Assembly: GCA_963797555.1 (NCBI GenBank)
Contig: CAWCPV010000003.1
Location: 640,001 to 704,000 of the forward strand
Source: an uncultured Gammaproteobacteria bacterium
Lineage (GTDB): Bacteria; Pseudomonadota; Gammaproteobacteria; CAWCPV01
Reading direction: 5' to 3'
DNA length: 64,000 nucleotides
Each line of letters opens with the position of its first letter. The first letter of the stretch is position 1. Both the position numbers and the translations under genes were made by a program. The notes under the pieces are model-generated. The model was not told where the DNA came from. It was given only the letters and a program-made list of their open reading frames with translations, and made no database searches. Positions 33,970 through 44,900 of the stretch are shown in pieces.

Positions 33970-36579
33970 ATGACGCGCCCAATCTCCAGTCACCCCGTGA
34001 CGCGCTGGCTTATCGGTCTCGCGCTGCTCACATTAGCGGTTCCGGCGCGGGTGTCGGCGGCCGACGACCCCTGGCCGCGGGAGATCAAGAGCCCCAAGGG
34101 CACGCGGGTGGTCATCTACCAACCGCAGATCGAGTCGTTCAAGGGCGACACGGTCAAGGCCCGGGCCGCGGTCTCGGTGCGGACGAAGGACATGAAAGCC
34201 CCCGTCTTTGGGGTCGTATGGTTCAACAGCGCCGTGTCGACCGACCGGGACACGCGGGTCGTCACTTTCGAGCAGGTCAAGGTCGACAAGGTCAAGTTTC
34301 CGAACGCCAAGCCGGAGGACGAGAAGAAGCTCGCCGGATTCTTGGAGGCAGAGATCGCCAAGTGGGACCAGCGGACCATGTCGCTGGACCGGCTGCTGGC
34401 CTTGCTCGCCGCGGTGGAGAAGCAAAAGGCCGGGGCCAAATACGGGAACGAGCCGCCCAAGATCCTGTTCAGGACCAAGCCCTCCGTGCTGGTCAACATC
34501 GCCGGCAAGCCCATCCTGCGGGATGTGGAGGGCTCGTCGGTCAAGCGGGTGGTGAATACCCCGTTCGTGCTGCTGATGGACCCCTCGGACAACAAGTACT
34601 ACCTGACGGGGAGCGCGCTCTGGTTCGTCGCGCCGGACGTCCTGGGGCCTTGGCAGCTGCTCGACGCTCCGCCCGCCTCGGTGGCGAGTGTCGCCCAGCG
34701 CATCGCGGAGGCCGAGGTGCCCACGAAGGTCACTCCGGACATTCTCAGGGCCGAGACCGTGCCCGAGATCATCGTCGCCACCGAGCCGACCGAGCTGATC
34801 GTCGCCGATGGCGAGCCCGAGTTCGCGCCCATCCAGGGCACGGACCTGTTGTCCATGACCAATACCGCTCGGGACGTGTTCCAGGTGGTCGGCTCTCAGC
34901 AATACTACGTGCTGCTCTCGGGCCGGTGGTTCGCCGGTCCGTCCCTGGAAAACGGTCCGTGGTCTTACGTGGAGCCCGAGAAGCTGCCCGCGGCCTTCTA
35001 CCGCATCCCCCCGGACTCCGACCAGGGCTATGTGCTCGCCTTCGTGCCGGACACCCCCCAGGCCGAGGAGGCGGTGGCGGACGCCCAGATCCCCGTGACT
35101 GGGGCTATCCCCCGCAACGCAACGACCCAGGTGAGCTACGACGGGGCGCCGAAGTTCGCGGCCATCGATGCCACCGACCTGCAGTACGCCACCAACACCC
35201 AGACCCCGGTCATCAAGGCGCAGGACAAGTACTACGCCGTCGATCAGGCGGTCTGGTACGAGTCCGACAAGCCGGACGGTACCTATCAGGTCGCGAGTTC
35301 GGTCCCGAAAGAAATCTACGACATGCCGCCCAGCAGCCCCGTGTACAGCGTGAAGTACGTGCAGGTGTACGACTCCACCCCGGATACCGTCTACGTCGGC
35401 TACACGCCGGGATACACCGGGACCTACGTCTCGGGCGGCACGGTGGTGTACGGATCGGGCTACGTTCACCCGCCCTATGTCTCGAGTGCGGTGTACTACC
35501 CCGCGCCGGTCACCTATGGCTATGCCCCGGTCTACGATCCCTGGTACGGCGCCTGGAATTTCCTGGCGGGTGCCACCTTCGGTTTCGTGGCGGGCGCGGC
35601 GGCTTCGAACTGGTGGGGCTGCGGCTGCTGCGGCTGGCGCGGCGACATGCACGTCGACATCAACCGTAACGTCAATATCAGCCGCGACTACATGCGAAAC
35701 CTCAACGTCAACAGGTCGGATTTCAGGAACGTCTCCCGGAATCGCAACGACTTCCAGAGCCTGCGCTCCGACCGAAGCCAGTTTCGCAACAACGTGTACA
35801 AGGACCGGGGTAACTGGGGTCGGCAGATCGAGAACAATCGCCGGGCCCAGCTCGACCAGCGTTTCTCCGCCCTGGAGCGAGGCCAGCGGCCGAACGCCGG
35901 CCTCGAACGGCGCGTCGCGGCGCACGAAGGTACAAAGGGCGCAGGGGCGCGTCGGCCGGAAGCGGCTCAGCAAGCTCGGCAAGCTCGCGAAGGGGCGCGC
36001 ACCAAGCCGGCGACCCGCGAGGCTGGCGCTGCTCAGCGCGCGCCGCAGGCCCAGACTCGAGCCGCGGAGCGTGCCGCTGCGAGCGGTAAGGCGGGCGAGG
36101 GTCGTGCAGCCACGCGGGAGGCTGGGCCGGCCGGACGAGCGCCTCAGCGCACCGCAGCGGCGGAGCAGCGCAAGGCGACCCCGCAAGCAACGACGAAACA
36201 GCCCCGCTCCGCGAGTGAGCGAGCCCAGTCTCGAGAAGTGGGAAAAAACAACGTGTTCGCCGGTCGGGACGGCAACGTGTACCGCAGCACCGGGAGCGGT
36301 TGGGAGCAGCGGCAATCCAGCGGCTGGTCCAAGCCGGAGTCCCGTTCCCAGTCGAACTTTTCGCAGAACCGCGCCAGTCTGGATCGCGACCTCGGGGCGC
36401 GTGCCCGCGGTACAGAGCGGACCCAGAGCTTCCAGTCGGCGCGACCCTCCGGCGGTAGTGCCAGCCGTGGGGGCGGCGGGGGTGGCCGCAGCTACGGCGG
36501 GGGCGGTGGCCACGGCGGCGGGGGCCGCGGAGGCGGGGGCCGCGGAGGCGGGGGCCGCGGAGGCGGGTCCAGGCGGTAG
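33970..36579 (+). CDS. Large secreted uncharacterised protein ('carbohydrate-binding family V/XII'-type) with low-complexity tail
   Basis: Signal peptide, WPREI...YQPQ, YYVLLSGRWF, PPSSPVY and VVYGSGY; NNVFAGRDGNVYR motif and GGGGR tail. Confidence 0.8.
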   Translation: MTRPISSHPVTRWLIGLALLTLAVPARVSAADDPWPREIKSPKGTRVVIYQPQIESFKGDTVKARAAVSVRTKDMKAPVFGVVWFNSAVSTDRDTRVVTFEQVKVDKVKFPNAKPEDEKKLAGFLEAEIAKWDQRTMSLDRLLALLAAVEKQKAGAKYGNEPPKILFRTKPSVLVNIAGKPILRDVEGSSVKRVVNTPFVLLMDPSDNKYYLTGSALWFVAPDVLGPWQLLDAPPASVASVAQRIAEAEVPTKVTPDILRAETVPEIIVATEPTELIVADGEPEFAPIQGTDLLSMTNTARDVFQVVGSQQYYVLLSGRWFAGPSLENGPWSYVEPEKLPAAFYRIPPDSDQGYVLAFVPDTPQAEEAVADAQIPVTGAIPRNATTQVSYDGAPKFAAIDATDLQYATNTQTPVIKAQDKYYAVDQAVWYESDKPDGTYQVASSVPKEIYDMPPSSPVYSVKYVQVYDSTPDTVYVGYTPGYTGTYVSGGTVVYGSGYVHPPYVSSAVYYPAPVTYGYAPVYDPWYGAWNFLAGATFGFVAGAAASNWWGCGCCGWRGDMHVDINRNVNISRDYMRNLNVNRSDFRNVSRNRNDFQSLRSDRSQFRNNVYKDRGNWGRQIENNRRAQLDQRFSALERGQRPNAGLERRVAAHEGTKGAGARRPEAAQQARQAREGARTKPATREAGAAQRAPQAQTRAAERAAASGKAGEGRAATREAGPAGRAPQRTAAAEQRKATPQATTKQPRSASERAQSREVGKNNVFAGRDGNVYRSTGSGWEQRQSSGWSKPESRSQSNFSQNRASLDRDLGARARGTERTQSFQSARPSGGSASRGGGGGGRSYGGGGGHGGGGRGGGGRGGGGRGGGSRR
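36514..36567 (+). repeat. 15-bp tandem repeat encoding GGGGR
   Basis: Unit GGAGGCGGGGGCCGC, about 3.5 copies. Confidence 0.85.
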
Positions 36580-36688
36580 GACCCAGGGCGGTGCTCGACC
36601 CCGCCCTTGTCCTCGTGGGTTGCCCGGCGCGATGGGAGCAGCCGCGTCTGGAGCGCCGCGCGTACGGGAAATCACGGGAGGTGAGAAC

Positions 36689-37205
36689 ATGCGAAAGATG
36701 ACGCTGAGTCTGCGCATGGCCCTGCTGGCCGCTGCTGCCGCCGCTGGTTTGCGTTCGAGCGCCACCGTCGCCGACGAGGTCGGCAAAGCGCCTGACGGAT
36801 ACGTGGGAGACGCGGGGGGCACTGCGGTAACCGATAGTTCGGGAGGCTGCGTGCGCACCGGCAGGTGGTCGGAGTCGACCACCCTGCCGTGAGCTGCCGC
36901 CAGTGGCCAAGGCCGAACCCGTTGCCCGACCCCTCGGGCGCTAAAGCGAATCACGCTGTCGGGGAAGACCCTGTTCGACTTCGACCAAGCCACGCTGAAG
37001 CCGGAGGGCTAGGAGGCTCTGGACGAGGCCATCTCCCGCGTCCGCCCGGCGATCGCAGCTAGCGACGTGGAGGATCGCCACATCAGCGTCATCGGTCACA
37101 CCGACAGCACCGGGAGCCCGGCATACAACCAGCGCCTGTCCGAGCGGCGGGCCGAGACCGTCCGAGACTACATGGTGGAGCGGGGAGTAGACCCGCACGT
37201 CATCG
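36689..37205 (+). pseudogene. OmpA-family protein, disrupted
   Basis: GCVRTG.W, LFDFDQATLKPEG(stop) and [20 protein letters not shown]; truncated by an IS remnant. Confidence 0.85.
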
Positions 37206-37400
37206 ACCTCCAGCACCACGTGGTCCCGGATCAGCTCTGCAACGTTTTTGGCTATCATGACTCCTGGGCTCCGAGTGTCACTTCCTTGACCCACAGAGTC
37301 CAATCGCTCAAGCGATCTACGCAGCGCGTACACACTACTACACTCTGCAACACTCGGAGCCGTCCCTCTGTCCTCCCATGCCTCGCCGGCCTGAGGCGAA
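37200..37400 (-). mobile_element. 5' remnant of an unclassified IS transposase
   Basis: [18 protein letters not shown] resembles the N-terminus of a recurrent transposase family (from recall only). Confidence 0.45.
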
Positions 37401-37419
37401 GCCTCGTTAGCAGAATGAT

Positions 37420-37595
37420 CCTAGATTCGGCAGTCGAATCAGTAATTTCCCGGCAAGTGGCTGATCGCAGTGGACGTCCTTATGACTCGGGCATCACCCA
37501 AAAGTAACTGCTCCGCAGCTGCTCGAAAGCCTCGGAATGCCGCACCAATACTGGCTTTCAGCGATTCATGGCCTCGGTCAACTGCCGAATTTAGG
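37420..37595. mobile_element. 176-bp IS1380-type MITE
   Basis: IRs CCTAGATTCGGCAGTCGA and TCAACTGCCGAATTTAGG; exact 5-bp DR ATGAT at 37415-37419 and 37596-37600. Confidence 0.88.
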
Positions 37596-38023
37596 ATGAT
37601 TCCATCTTCTCCATGCATCAGAAGACGTTCATGGTGTACGAGCGCCATTTACACTGGGAAAAGACCGCAAACCGCAAGCACGCTTACCTGATGGGACGAC
37701 CAGTCACCCGTTCTATTCTATCCGGCGGGCTATCTGCGGGGACGCCTGGGAAAAGGTCAGTACAGTTTCGAAGCTGCAGAAGATGCCAGTGGGTTCCCGG
37801 AAAAAATCGGCTGCTGGCGGCGATCCCAAGCCCCAGTCACACTTTTCAGCCGCCGGCCAGCAGATACCGCCCCTCTCCGATTTCTCCGGACACGCAGCAG
37901 GGACGATACCTGAATTCTCGCGGACGAGATCGGCTCCCCCAGCCGAAACCGTCCACGCCTACGGGGCAAGCGAGGAAAAACCCACCGCCTTCCCGAGTCC
38001 CTCCCGGTCTCTAAACGACCCCG

Positions 38024-38048
38024 TGCTAGAATGCCGTTTCCGGGAGGA
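38024..38048 (+). promoter_or_regulatory. Extended -10 (TGcTAGAAT) and RBS (GGGAGGA) orphaned by IS1634
   Basis: Both motifs lie directly left of the IS; the spacing fits the ATG at 39917 once the IS is removed. Confidence 0.5.
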
Positions 38049-38056
38049 GCGTCCGA

Positions 38057-39912
38057 CGGATCTTCCCCCAAGGATCGCACTGCGAAGCGGCGTGAAAGCT
38101 GCTGGCTGAGCGGGCTTCAGGGTAGTTTCGCACATCGTGAAGTACCCATGGAAGTGGTCGGTATCGTCAGGTGAGTACATTGACATGCTGGTAAGTATGT
38201 GGAATAGTAGTGGCCATGTACATCAACGTCGTGCCCAATCGCCAATCGCCTCCCGCCGTGCTGTTGCGCGAGTCCTATCGCGAGCAGGGCAAGGTCAAGA
38301 AGCGCACTTTGGCGAATCTGAGCAAACTACCGAGGGAGGTGATCGAGCACATTCGCCAGGCCTTGGCAGGGCAGGCCATGGCGGTCAAGGAAACGATCTG
38401 TGGCGCCATCTATGGGCTGTTATTCGTGCTGAGGGAGCTGGCCCGCCAGGGCGCAATACAGGAGTCTTTGGGGGACTCCCGGATGGCGAAACTGGTGCTG
38501 TTTTTGGTGCTGGCGCGCATTGGGCATCAGGGCTCGCGACTGTCCGCTGTCCGCTGGGCGCTCGATCACGCGGTGCAAGCCGTGCTTGGGCTAAGCGCTT
38601 TCGATGAGAACGCACTCTATGAGGCGTTGGATTGGGCGGCCTCACAGCAGCAGGCCATCGAGGATCGACTGTATCAGGACGCGGTGCGCCGCACGGGCGA
38701 GACGCCGGCTCTGATGTTATACGATGTCAGCTCCTCTTACTTGGAAGGCGAGCAAAATGAGCTCGGGGCCTATGGCTATCACCGCGACGGCAAGAAAGGC
38801 AAGCCGCAAATCGTCATCGGCTTGCTCACCGCCAAAGATGGCGAACCGCTTAGTGTAGAGGTCTTCGAAGGCAATCGCACCGACCCCCAGACGCTCGGCT
38901 CTCAAGTCGAGAAGCTCACCGAGCGCTTCCACGTGAAAGAGGTGGTTCTAGTGGGCAATCGGGGCATGATCAAGGCCCAAGGCAAGGAGCGCCTGAATCA
39001 AGCGCATCTGAAGTACATTACGGCGCTCACCGACCCGCAGATCCGAAAACTCATTAAACAGGACGTCCTTCAGCCCGATCTCTTCGATGAGCATGTGGTG
39101 GAGGTCCATCACCAGGGAAAGCGCTTGGTACTTCGCTGTGATCCGGCCACCCAACGCAAGGAGCGTCATCGCCGCGAGGATAAGCTGCAGCGGTTGAGGG
39201 GGCTCATTGAAGAGCGCAATGGCTTCGTCGCGCAGTCGCCCCGAACCAAGCCCGAGGCGGGATTGAAAAACCTGCAGGGCTGGGCACGTCGCCATAAAAT
39301 CGCCGGGTGGGTCCACTTGACACTGAACGGTAGAACCCTCGAACTGCAAATCGATGCGCAAGCCAAACAGGACGCTGAGTTGTTGGACGGCTGTTATTGT
39401 ATTGAAAGTGATGTGCCGTCGGCTGACCTCACCAAAGACGAGATCCATGATCGCTACAAAGATCTGCAAACCGTGGAGCGCAACTTCAGACGACTCAAGA
39501 CCGGCTTCTTGGAAGTCAGACCCATCTCTGTGCGCAAAGCCCCCAGAACGCGCGGGCATGTCTTTATCGCCATGCTCAGCCTCAAGGTCCTGCGCTTGAT
39601 GGAACAACGACTGCACGCCGCCTTTGGCACTACCCACGACAATGACCAGGCCGAAACCGTCGACAGCGCCTTAACGGCGCTGTCGCGATTGTGTCTACAA
39701 CACTACCCAATCGGTGAGCAGGAGATCGTCGGCCTGCCCCGCCCCGATCCCCGCCAGCAACAAATCCTCTCCGCCCTGCAAGTCACACTCACCGCTCCTT
39801 GATCTCCTTTTGATCTCCTTGTAGCCAGGCAAAACCTCCTGCTGTTTGGCTAAAGTCCTTTGTTCCCAGTCTGTTAGACCCATTCGCCGGCTCTACGCTG
39901 GGGGAAGATCCG
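38057..39912 (+). mobile_element. IS1634-family IS (transposase 38210-39802)
   Basis: IRs CGGATCTTCCCCCA and TGGGGGAAGATCCG; LLRESYRE...KRTLANL, LYDVSSSYLEG and VERNFR; second Asp reads N (GNRGM); imperfect DR TCCGA/TCTGA. Confidence 0.93.
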
Positions 39913-39916
39913 TCTG

Positions 39917-40595
39917 ATGACCAACGTCGAAGAGCGCGTGGACCGCCTGGAGGAGGCATTGCAGGCCTTCGTCCGCGATGTAGGCATCGAGTTCAACAAA
40001 GTCTACAACGCCCAAATCAGGGGCGAGATGGAGACTCAGGGCGCTCCGCGAGGAGATGAAGGCATTCAAGGACGGGATGGCAGACTTCAAGGACGAGATG
40101 GGAGACTTCAAGAAGGAGATGGCAGACTTCAAGGAGGAGGCACGGGCCCAGAACCGGGAGATGAATCGCCACTGGGCGGAGATCGCCCACAAGATGGGGA
40201 CCCTGGCCGAGGACATCGTCGCCCCCAACCTCCCCAGACTGGCGAGGGAGTTGTTCGGTTGCGAGGCCGTTGATCTCTTCGCAGTGCGGATGCGGAAGAG
40301 GTGGGACGGCGAGACGAGGGAGTATGACGTGATCGTCGCCTGCGGTGACCATGTGCTGGTCAACGAGACCAAGAGCACCCTGAAGAGCGCGCACGTGGAC
40401 CAGATGGTGGGGGTCCTGGAGGAGTTCCGGGAGGTCTTCCCCGAGTACCGGGACAAGAAGCTCATCGGCATTCTGGCCAGCCTCTACGTGGACGAGGGGG
40501 TGGTGCGCCGTGCCAGCTCCAAGGGCATCCTGGTGATGGGCATGGGCGAGGAGACCCTGGAGGTCCTGAACAAGGAAGCGGCGCGCCCATACTGA
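39917..40595 (+). CDS. Coiled-coil heptad-repeat protein with C-terminal PD-(D/E)XK fold (DUF3782-like), frameshift at about 40035
   Basis: EM.xFKD heptads, KMGTLAEDIVAP and EYDVI...NETKS. Confidence 0.75.
40053..40136 (+). repeat. Four 21-bp tandem repeats
   Basis: Consensus GAGATGGCAGACTTCAAGGAC. Confidence 0.9.
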
Positions 40596-40763
40596 GGGCT
40601 GCTCGCGGGTGGGCTGCATCGGGGACTGTCCGCTGCGGGATGCGGGCTGCCGCGAGATCTACCGGAGTCACGAGGTATTCGTCCTGCCTTCCTTCGCCCC
40701 GACGAAGATGGGCTTTGCTGTCACCTTCTCCACATAATTGCGCTACCGCATCAATCTGATTTT

Positions 40764-41105
40764 AGGGCACCTCGAATAATTGGTTTTGGCGCCGGTCGGT
40801 CCCTCTGATCGAGTCACGGATGAGGGAATTGGGGCGAAGCGAGTGGTTTTTGAGGGGTTTTGGGAGGGCTCCCGCTCGCCTTCCGACCGCCGGCCGGAGG
40901 TTCCTGCGGTCCTCAGGCCGGTGCCGGCATCGGACCTTTACCGCCTGAGCTGACCAGGTAGCTCAGCCGGGGCATGTTGTAGACGAGATTCATGAGCCCT
41001 ATCTTGGCCCTCGCACGCACCCCTCCGATGGTTCGCACGAGCTTGCCGCCTTGCTCGTTGTGCTGGGAGCCGAAAACATGCTCGACGCGCACCCGGATGC
41101 TTGAG
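40764..41105 (-). mobile_element. IS5-family 3' remnant
   Basis: SIRVRVEHVFG...VRTIG...AKIGLMNLVYNM; terminal GGGCACCTCGAATAA. Confidence 0.8.
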
Positions 41106-41108
41106 CGG

Positions 41109-42202
41109 CGAAGCGCGTGACCCGGTGGTGCCGCTCAAGTCCGCCTGTGCGGCCCTGGGGCTTGCGCGGGCGACACTTTATCGGCACCGCCGACCGCAGG
41201 TGTCGCAGTCTGTTAGCGGTCCACGGCGTAGTCCACGGCGCCTGAGCGAGGCGCAGCGCCGGGAAGTGCTCGAGGTGCTCCACGAGGAGCGCTTCATCGA
41301 CCAGCCCCCGGCTGAGGTCTACGCCAAGCTTCTGGACGAGGGGCGGTATCTGTGTTCTGTTCGCACCATGCATCGGCTGTTGGCCGAATCCGCAGAGTCG
41401 GGCGAGCGGCGCGCCATGCGCCCCAAAACTCACCATCCCGTGCCGCGCTTGGAGGCAAGCGCCCCCAACCAGGTCTGGACCTGGGACATCACCAAGCTCG
41501 CCACCCTGAGCCGAGGCGTGTTCCTGAATCTCTACGTGGTGCTCGACCTCTACAGCCGCTTCGTGGTGGCTTGGCTGGCGGCCCGCGAGAACAGTGCACT
41601 CGCCAAACAACTGCTGGCAGAAGCCATCCATCGCCATGGCATCGAGCCACGCAGCCTGCGGGTCCACCAGGACCGCGGTGCCCCCATGACCGCACGGGGC
41701 TTTCTCGACCTCCTGGCGGAGCTGAAGGTGGAGCCCTCTCACTCCCGCCCCAGGGTGAGTAACGACAATCCCTTCTCCGAGTCTCAGTTCAAGACCCTCA
41801 AGTACCAGCCGGACTTTCCCGGTCGCTTCCGAGGTCTCGAGCAGGGGCGGGCTTGGTGCACCGAGTTCTTCGACTGGTACAACCACCACCATCAGCATTC
41901 GGGGCTCGCCCTGTTCACGCCGGCTGATGTGTTTCACGGACGGGGCAAGGAGACTCTGGCGGTGCGCCAGGCGGCGCTCGATGCCGCCCACCAGGCACAT
42001 CCCGAGCGCTTCGTGCGGGGGCGCCCAGTCGCAGCCCAGCCCCCCAAGCTGGTCGCCATCAACCCGATAGTCCCCGAGCAGGATCTGCCCACGACCAGTA
42101 CCCTGCTCCTCGAGCAAGCCAACACGCTCGGCCAATGCGAGATGGCGGCAATGACAACTTAGTTTCCAACCACCCGTGTCTCAAAGTTGTTGACACGTTC
42201 CG
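41109..42202 (+). mobile_element. IS3-family copy 2 (orfB and right end only)
   Basis: Near-identical to the reverse complement of 8291-9380; ends GTCTCAAAGTTGTTGACACGTTCCG. Confidence 0.93.
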
Positions 42203-42207
42203 CATCC

Positions 42208-42520
42208 TAGTGTGGCGTCTCACAAATAGCTATGCACAGATCTGCTCCACCCGGTTTCGGGCCGCGACGATCTTGCGCAGGATGTCCTCGCCCTTGGCGT
42301 TCCAAACATAGCGCTTGGGGTGGGCGTTACGCTCAGCGAGAAAGGCGATGATAGCCTCGGCGAGCGCCTTGACGGAGCCAAAGCTGCCTTCGGCGAGAAA
42401 ATCGCCCAGATCGCGGAAGAACCGCTCGACCAGATTCATCCAGGACGAAGAGGTGGGGGTGAAGTGCAGGTGCATGCGCGGGTGCTTCGCGAGCCACGCC
42501 TTGACCGCCTGATGCTTGTG
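42208..42520 (-). mobile_element. IS630-family 3' remnant (a different element from 12017 and 15860)
   Basis: HFTPTSSSWMNLVERFF; terminal TAGTGTGGCGTC. Confidence 0.85.
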
Positions 42521-42539
42521 GGTGGGGCCTTTGCCCTAG

Positions 42540-44547
42540 CCCGACTTCGCGGATTCGCGCGGCGATTGGCCCGCTGGCCAGGGGTAAGTGATTGTTTGTG
42601 GGGACCGTGGTGGGCCAAAAAGGGTCGAAATGCGCTGTAGTGAAGACCTTGCTTGTTTTCAAGGGGAAAAATCTGCGGATAATGATGTTCCATCATGTTT
42701 CTAAGGGCCACGACGCGGAAGAAAGACGGCAAGGAGCACCGTTACTGGAGTATTGTCGAGAATAGGCGCCTGAGCGGTGGGCGCGTGCTGCAACGGCATG
42801 TGCTGTATTTGGGTGAGATCAACTCCTCGCAGGAGTTGGCGTGGCGCAAATCCATTGAGGTGTTCGAAGACGGGGCGCTGACACCGCGCACGATGTCGTT
42901 GTTTCCCGAGGAGCGATCTGAAGAGCTGTCGAGGGATGCTTCGGTGGTACGTTTGCGGCTGAAAGAATTGCGGCTGTGCCGACCGCGGCAGTGGGGTGCG
43001 TGTTGGCTGGCGCTGCAACTGTGGGAGGAATTGCAGTTAGATCGCTTCTGGTGGGAACGGTTAACGCCGAGTCGCAAGGGCACTCGGTGGGATCAGGTGT
43101 TATTCGTGCTCGTGGCCTATCGGTTGCTGGCACCGGGCAGCGAGTGGCGGTTGCACCGGGAGTGGTTTGGCCGTACGGCCTTGGCGGATTTGCTCGGAGT
43201 GGATGCGGCGCTCTCCGACAGCCACCGGCTGTATGTCTGTCACGACCGCTTGCTGGAGCACAAGGCGGCGGTCTTTGACCATCTGGTGCGGCGGTGGCGG
43301 GATCTGTTCAATGCCACCTTCGAGGTGCTGCTCTACGACCTCACGAGCACCTACTTTGAGTGTGAGCCCCCGCAGTCGGAGCAGGACAAACGACGATTCG
43401 GCCACTCGCGCGATAAGCGCAGGGACTGTGTGCAGGTGGTGATCGCCTGGGTGGTGACCCCGGAAGGCTTGCCCTTGGCCTATGAAGTGTTGGCGGGCAA
43501 TACGGCCGACAAGACGACGTTGAAGGAGTTCCTCGCGCGCATTGAGCGTCAGTACGGAAGAGCGCAGCGGATTTGGGTGATGGACCGCGGCATTCCGACC
43601 GAAGCGGTGCTGGAAGAGATGCGCGCAAGTCGCCCGCCAGTGCACTGACCTGGTGGGCACGCCCAAGGGGCGGCTCAGCAAATTGGAGAGCGCGCTGCTG
43701 CTCAAGCCGTGGCGGGAAGCGCGCCCCGGCGTAGCCGTGAAACTGTTGGCGCAGGATGGGGAGCTGTATGTGTACGCGCAAAGTGAACAGCGCGTGGCGA
43801 AGGAGCGTGCGATACGACGGCGCAAGCTGAAGTGGCTGTGGGCGCGGTTGAAGAAACTCGCGACCATGCAACTCACCCGCGAGCAACTGCTGATGAAGCT
43901 CGGTGCGGCGCGCCAACACGGCCCGGCGGTATGGCGCTTGGTTCAACTGGAGGTCGACCCCAAGGACGCCACGTTTAGCTACCGCCTGCGCCGCGATAAG
44001 CTGCGTGAAGTGCGCCGGCGCGAAGGACGGTATCTGCTGCGCACCAATCTCACCGACACCGATCCCGCCAAGCTATGGGGGTTTTACCTGCAACTGGTGG
44101 CGGTGGAAGAAGCATTCAAGAATCTCAAGGGGGATTTGGCCATTCGGCCAATCTTTCATCAACACATCGAGCGTATCGAAGCCCATATCTTCATTGCCTT
44201 TCTTGCCTATTGTCTGCATGTCACGCTCGGGCGACGTTTGCATGCGCTCGCGCCTGGATTAACCACGCGCAGCGTGCTGGAGAAATTCGCCGCCGTGCAG
44301 ATGGTCGACGTACAGGTGCCGACCACCGATGGGCGCGAATTGACGTTCACCCGCTACACCCAACCTGAGCCAGAACTGCAACTGCTCCTCGCGCAGTTGA
44401 AGCTCGAACTGCCCGCACCACCAGCTCCGAAAATCAGCACCGCCCACACTGCCTCAGCCGCCGCGATGTAGTGCAGACCTTGCCAGGCGCCCTCTCGCAA
44501 TTTCAACCACTTACGCTATCCCTACCCCGCGAATCCGCGAAGTCGGG
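42540..44547 (+). mobile_element. IS1634-family IS (transposase 42695-44471, split at about 43645)
   Basis: IRs CCCGACTTCGCGGATTCGC and GCGAATCCGCGAAGTCGGG; CTAG on both flanks; YDLTSTYFE, MDRG and VEEAFK. Confidence 0.95.
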
Positions 44548-44900
44548 CTAGCGCTCTGCCTCGTCTCGTCGCTGGTAGTCGTGACCGAAGTCCTGCTGGC
44601 AGCGAAAGGGTATAAACCGACCGTCGTGGATTCGAAGGAACTCTGGATCGCGGAGCGGCAGCGCGCCAGTCGCCTGGGCGGGCAGGCGCTGATCCTGGTG
44701 GGCGCATCGCGCATTCAGCTCGGTATGGACCTCGATGTGTTGCGTGATGAGACCGGGCTGGAACCGATCCAGCTCGCCATCGACGGGAGTTCCTTCATGC
44801 CTATACTGGAGGGTCTTGCGCGCGATTCGTCCGTCACGGGGACCGTCGTCGTCGACTTCGCCGAGGGAGTCGTCGGCGGTCCGTCCGATTCGTCCCGCGC
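44548..44900 (+). pseudogene. Membrane-anchored SGNH/DltD-like protein fragment
   Basis: TM helix split by IS1634, LVGASRIQLGMD and QLAIDGSSF; truncated. Confidence 0.55.

Noticed and set aside
34033-36993. 986-aa antisense ORF
   Set aside because: Stop-poor reverse frame of a GC-rich gene, with no motifs
40680-40763. Short AT-richer segment resembling another element end
   Set aside because: No partner IR or target duplication found
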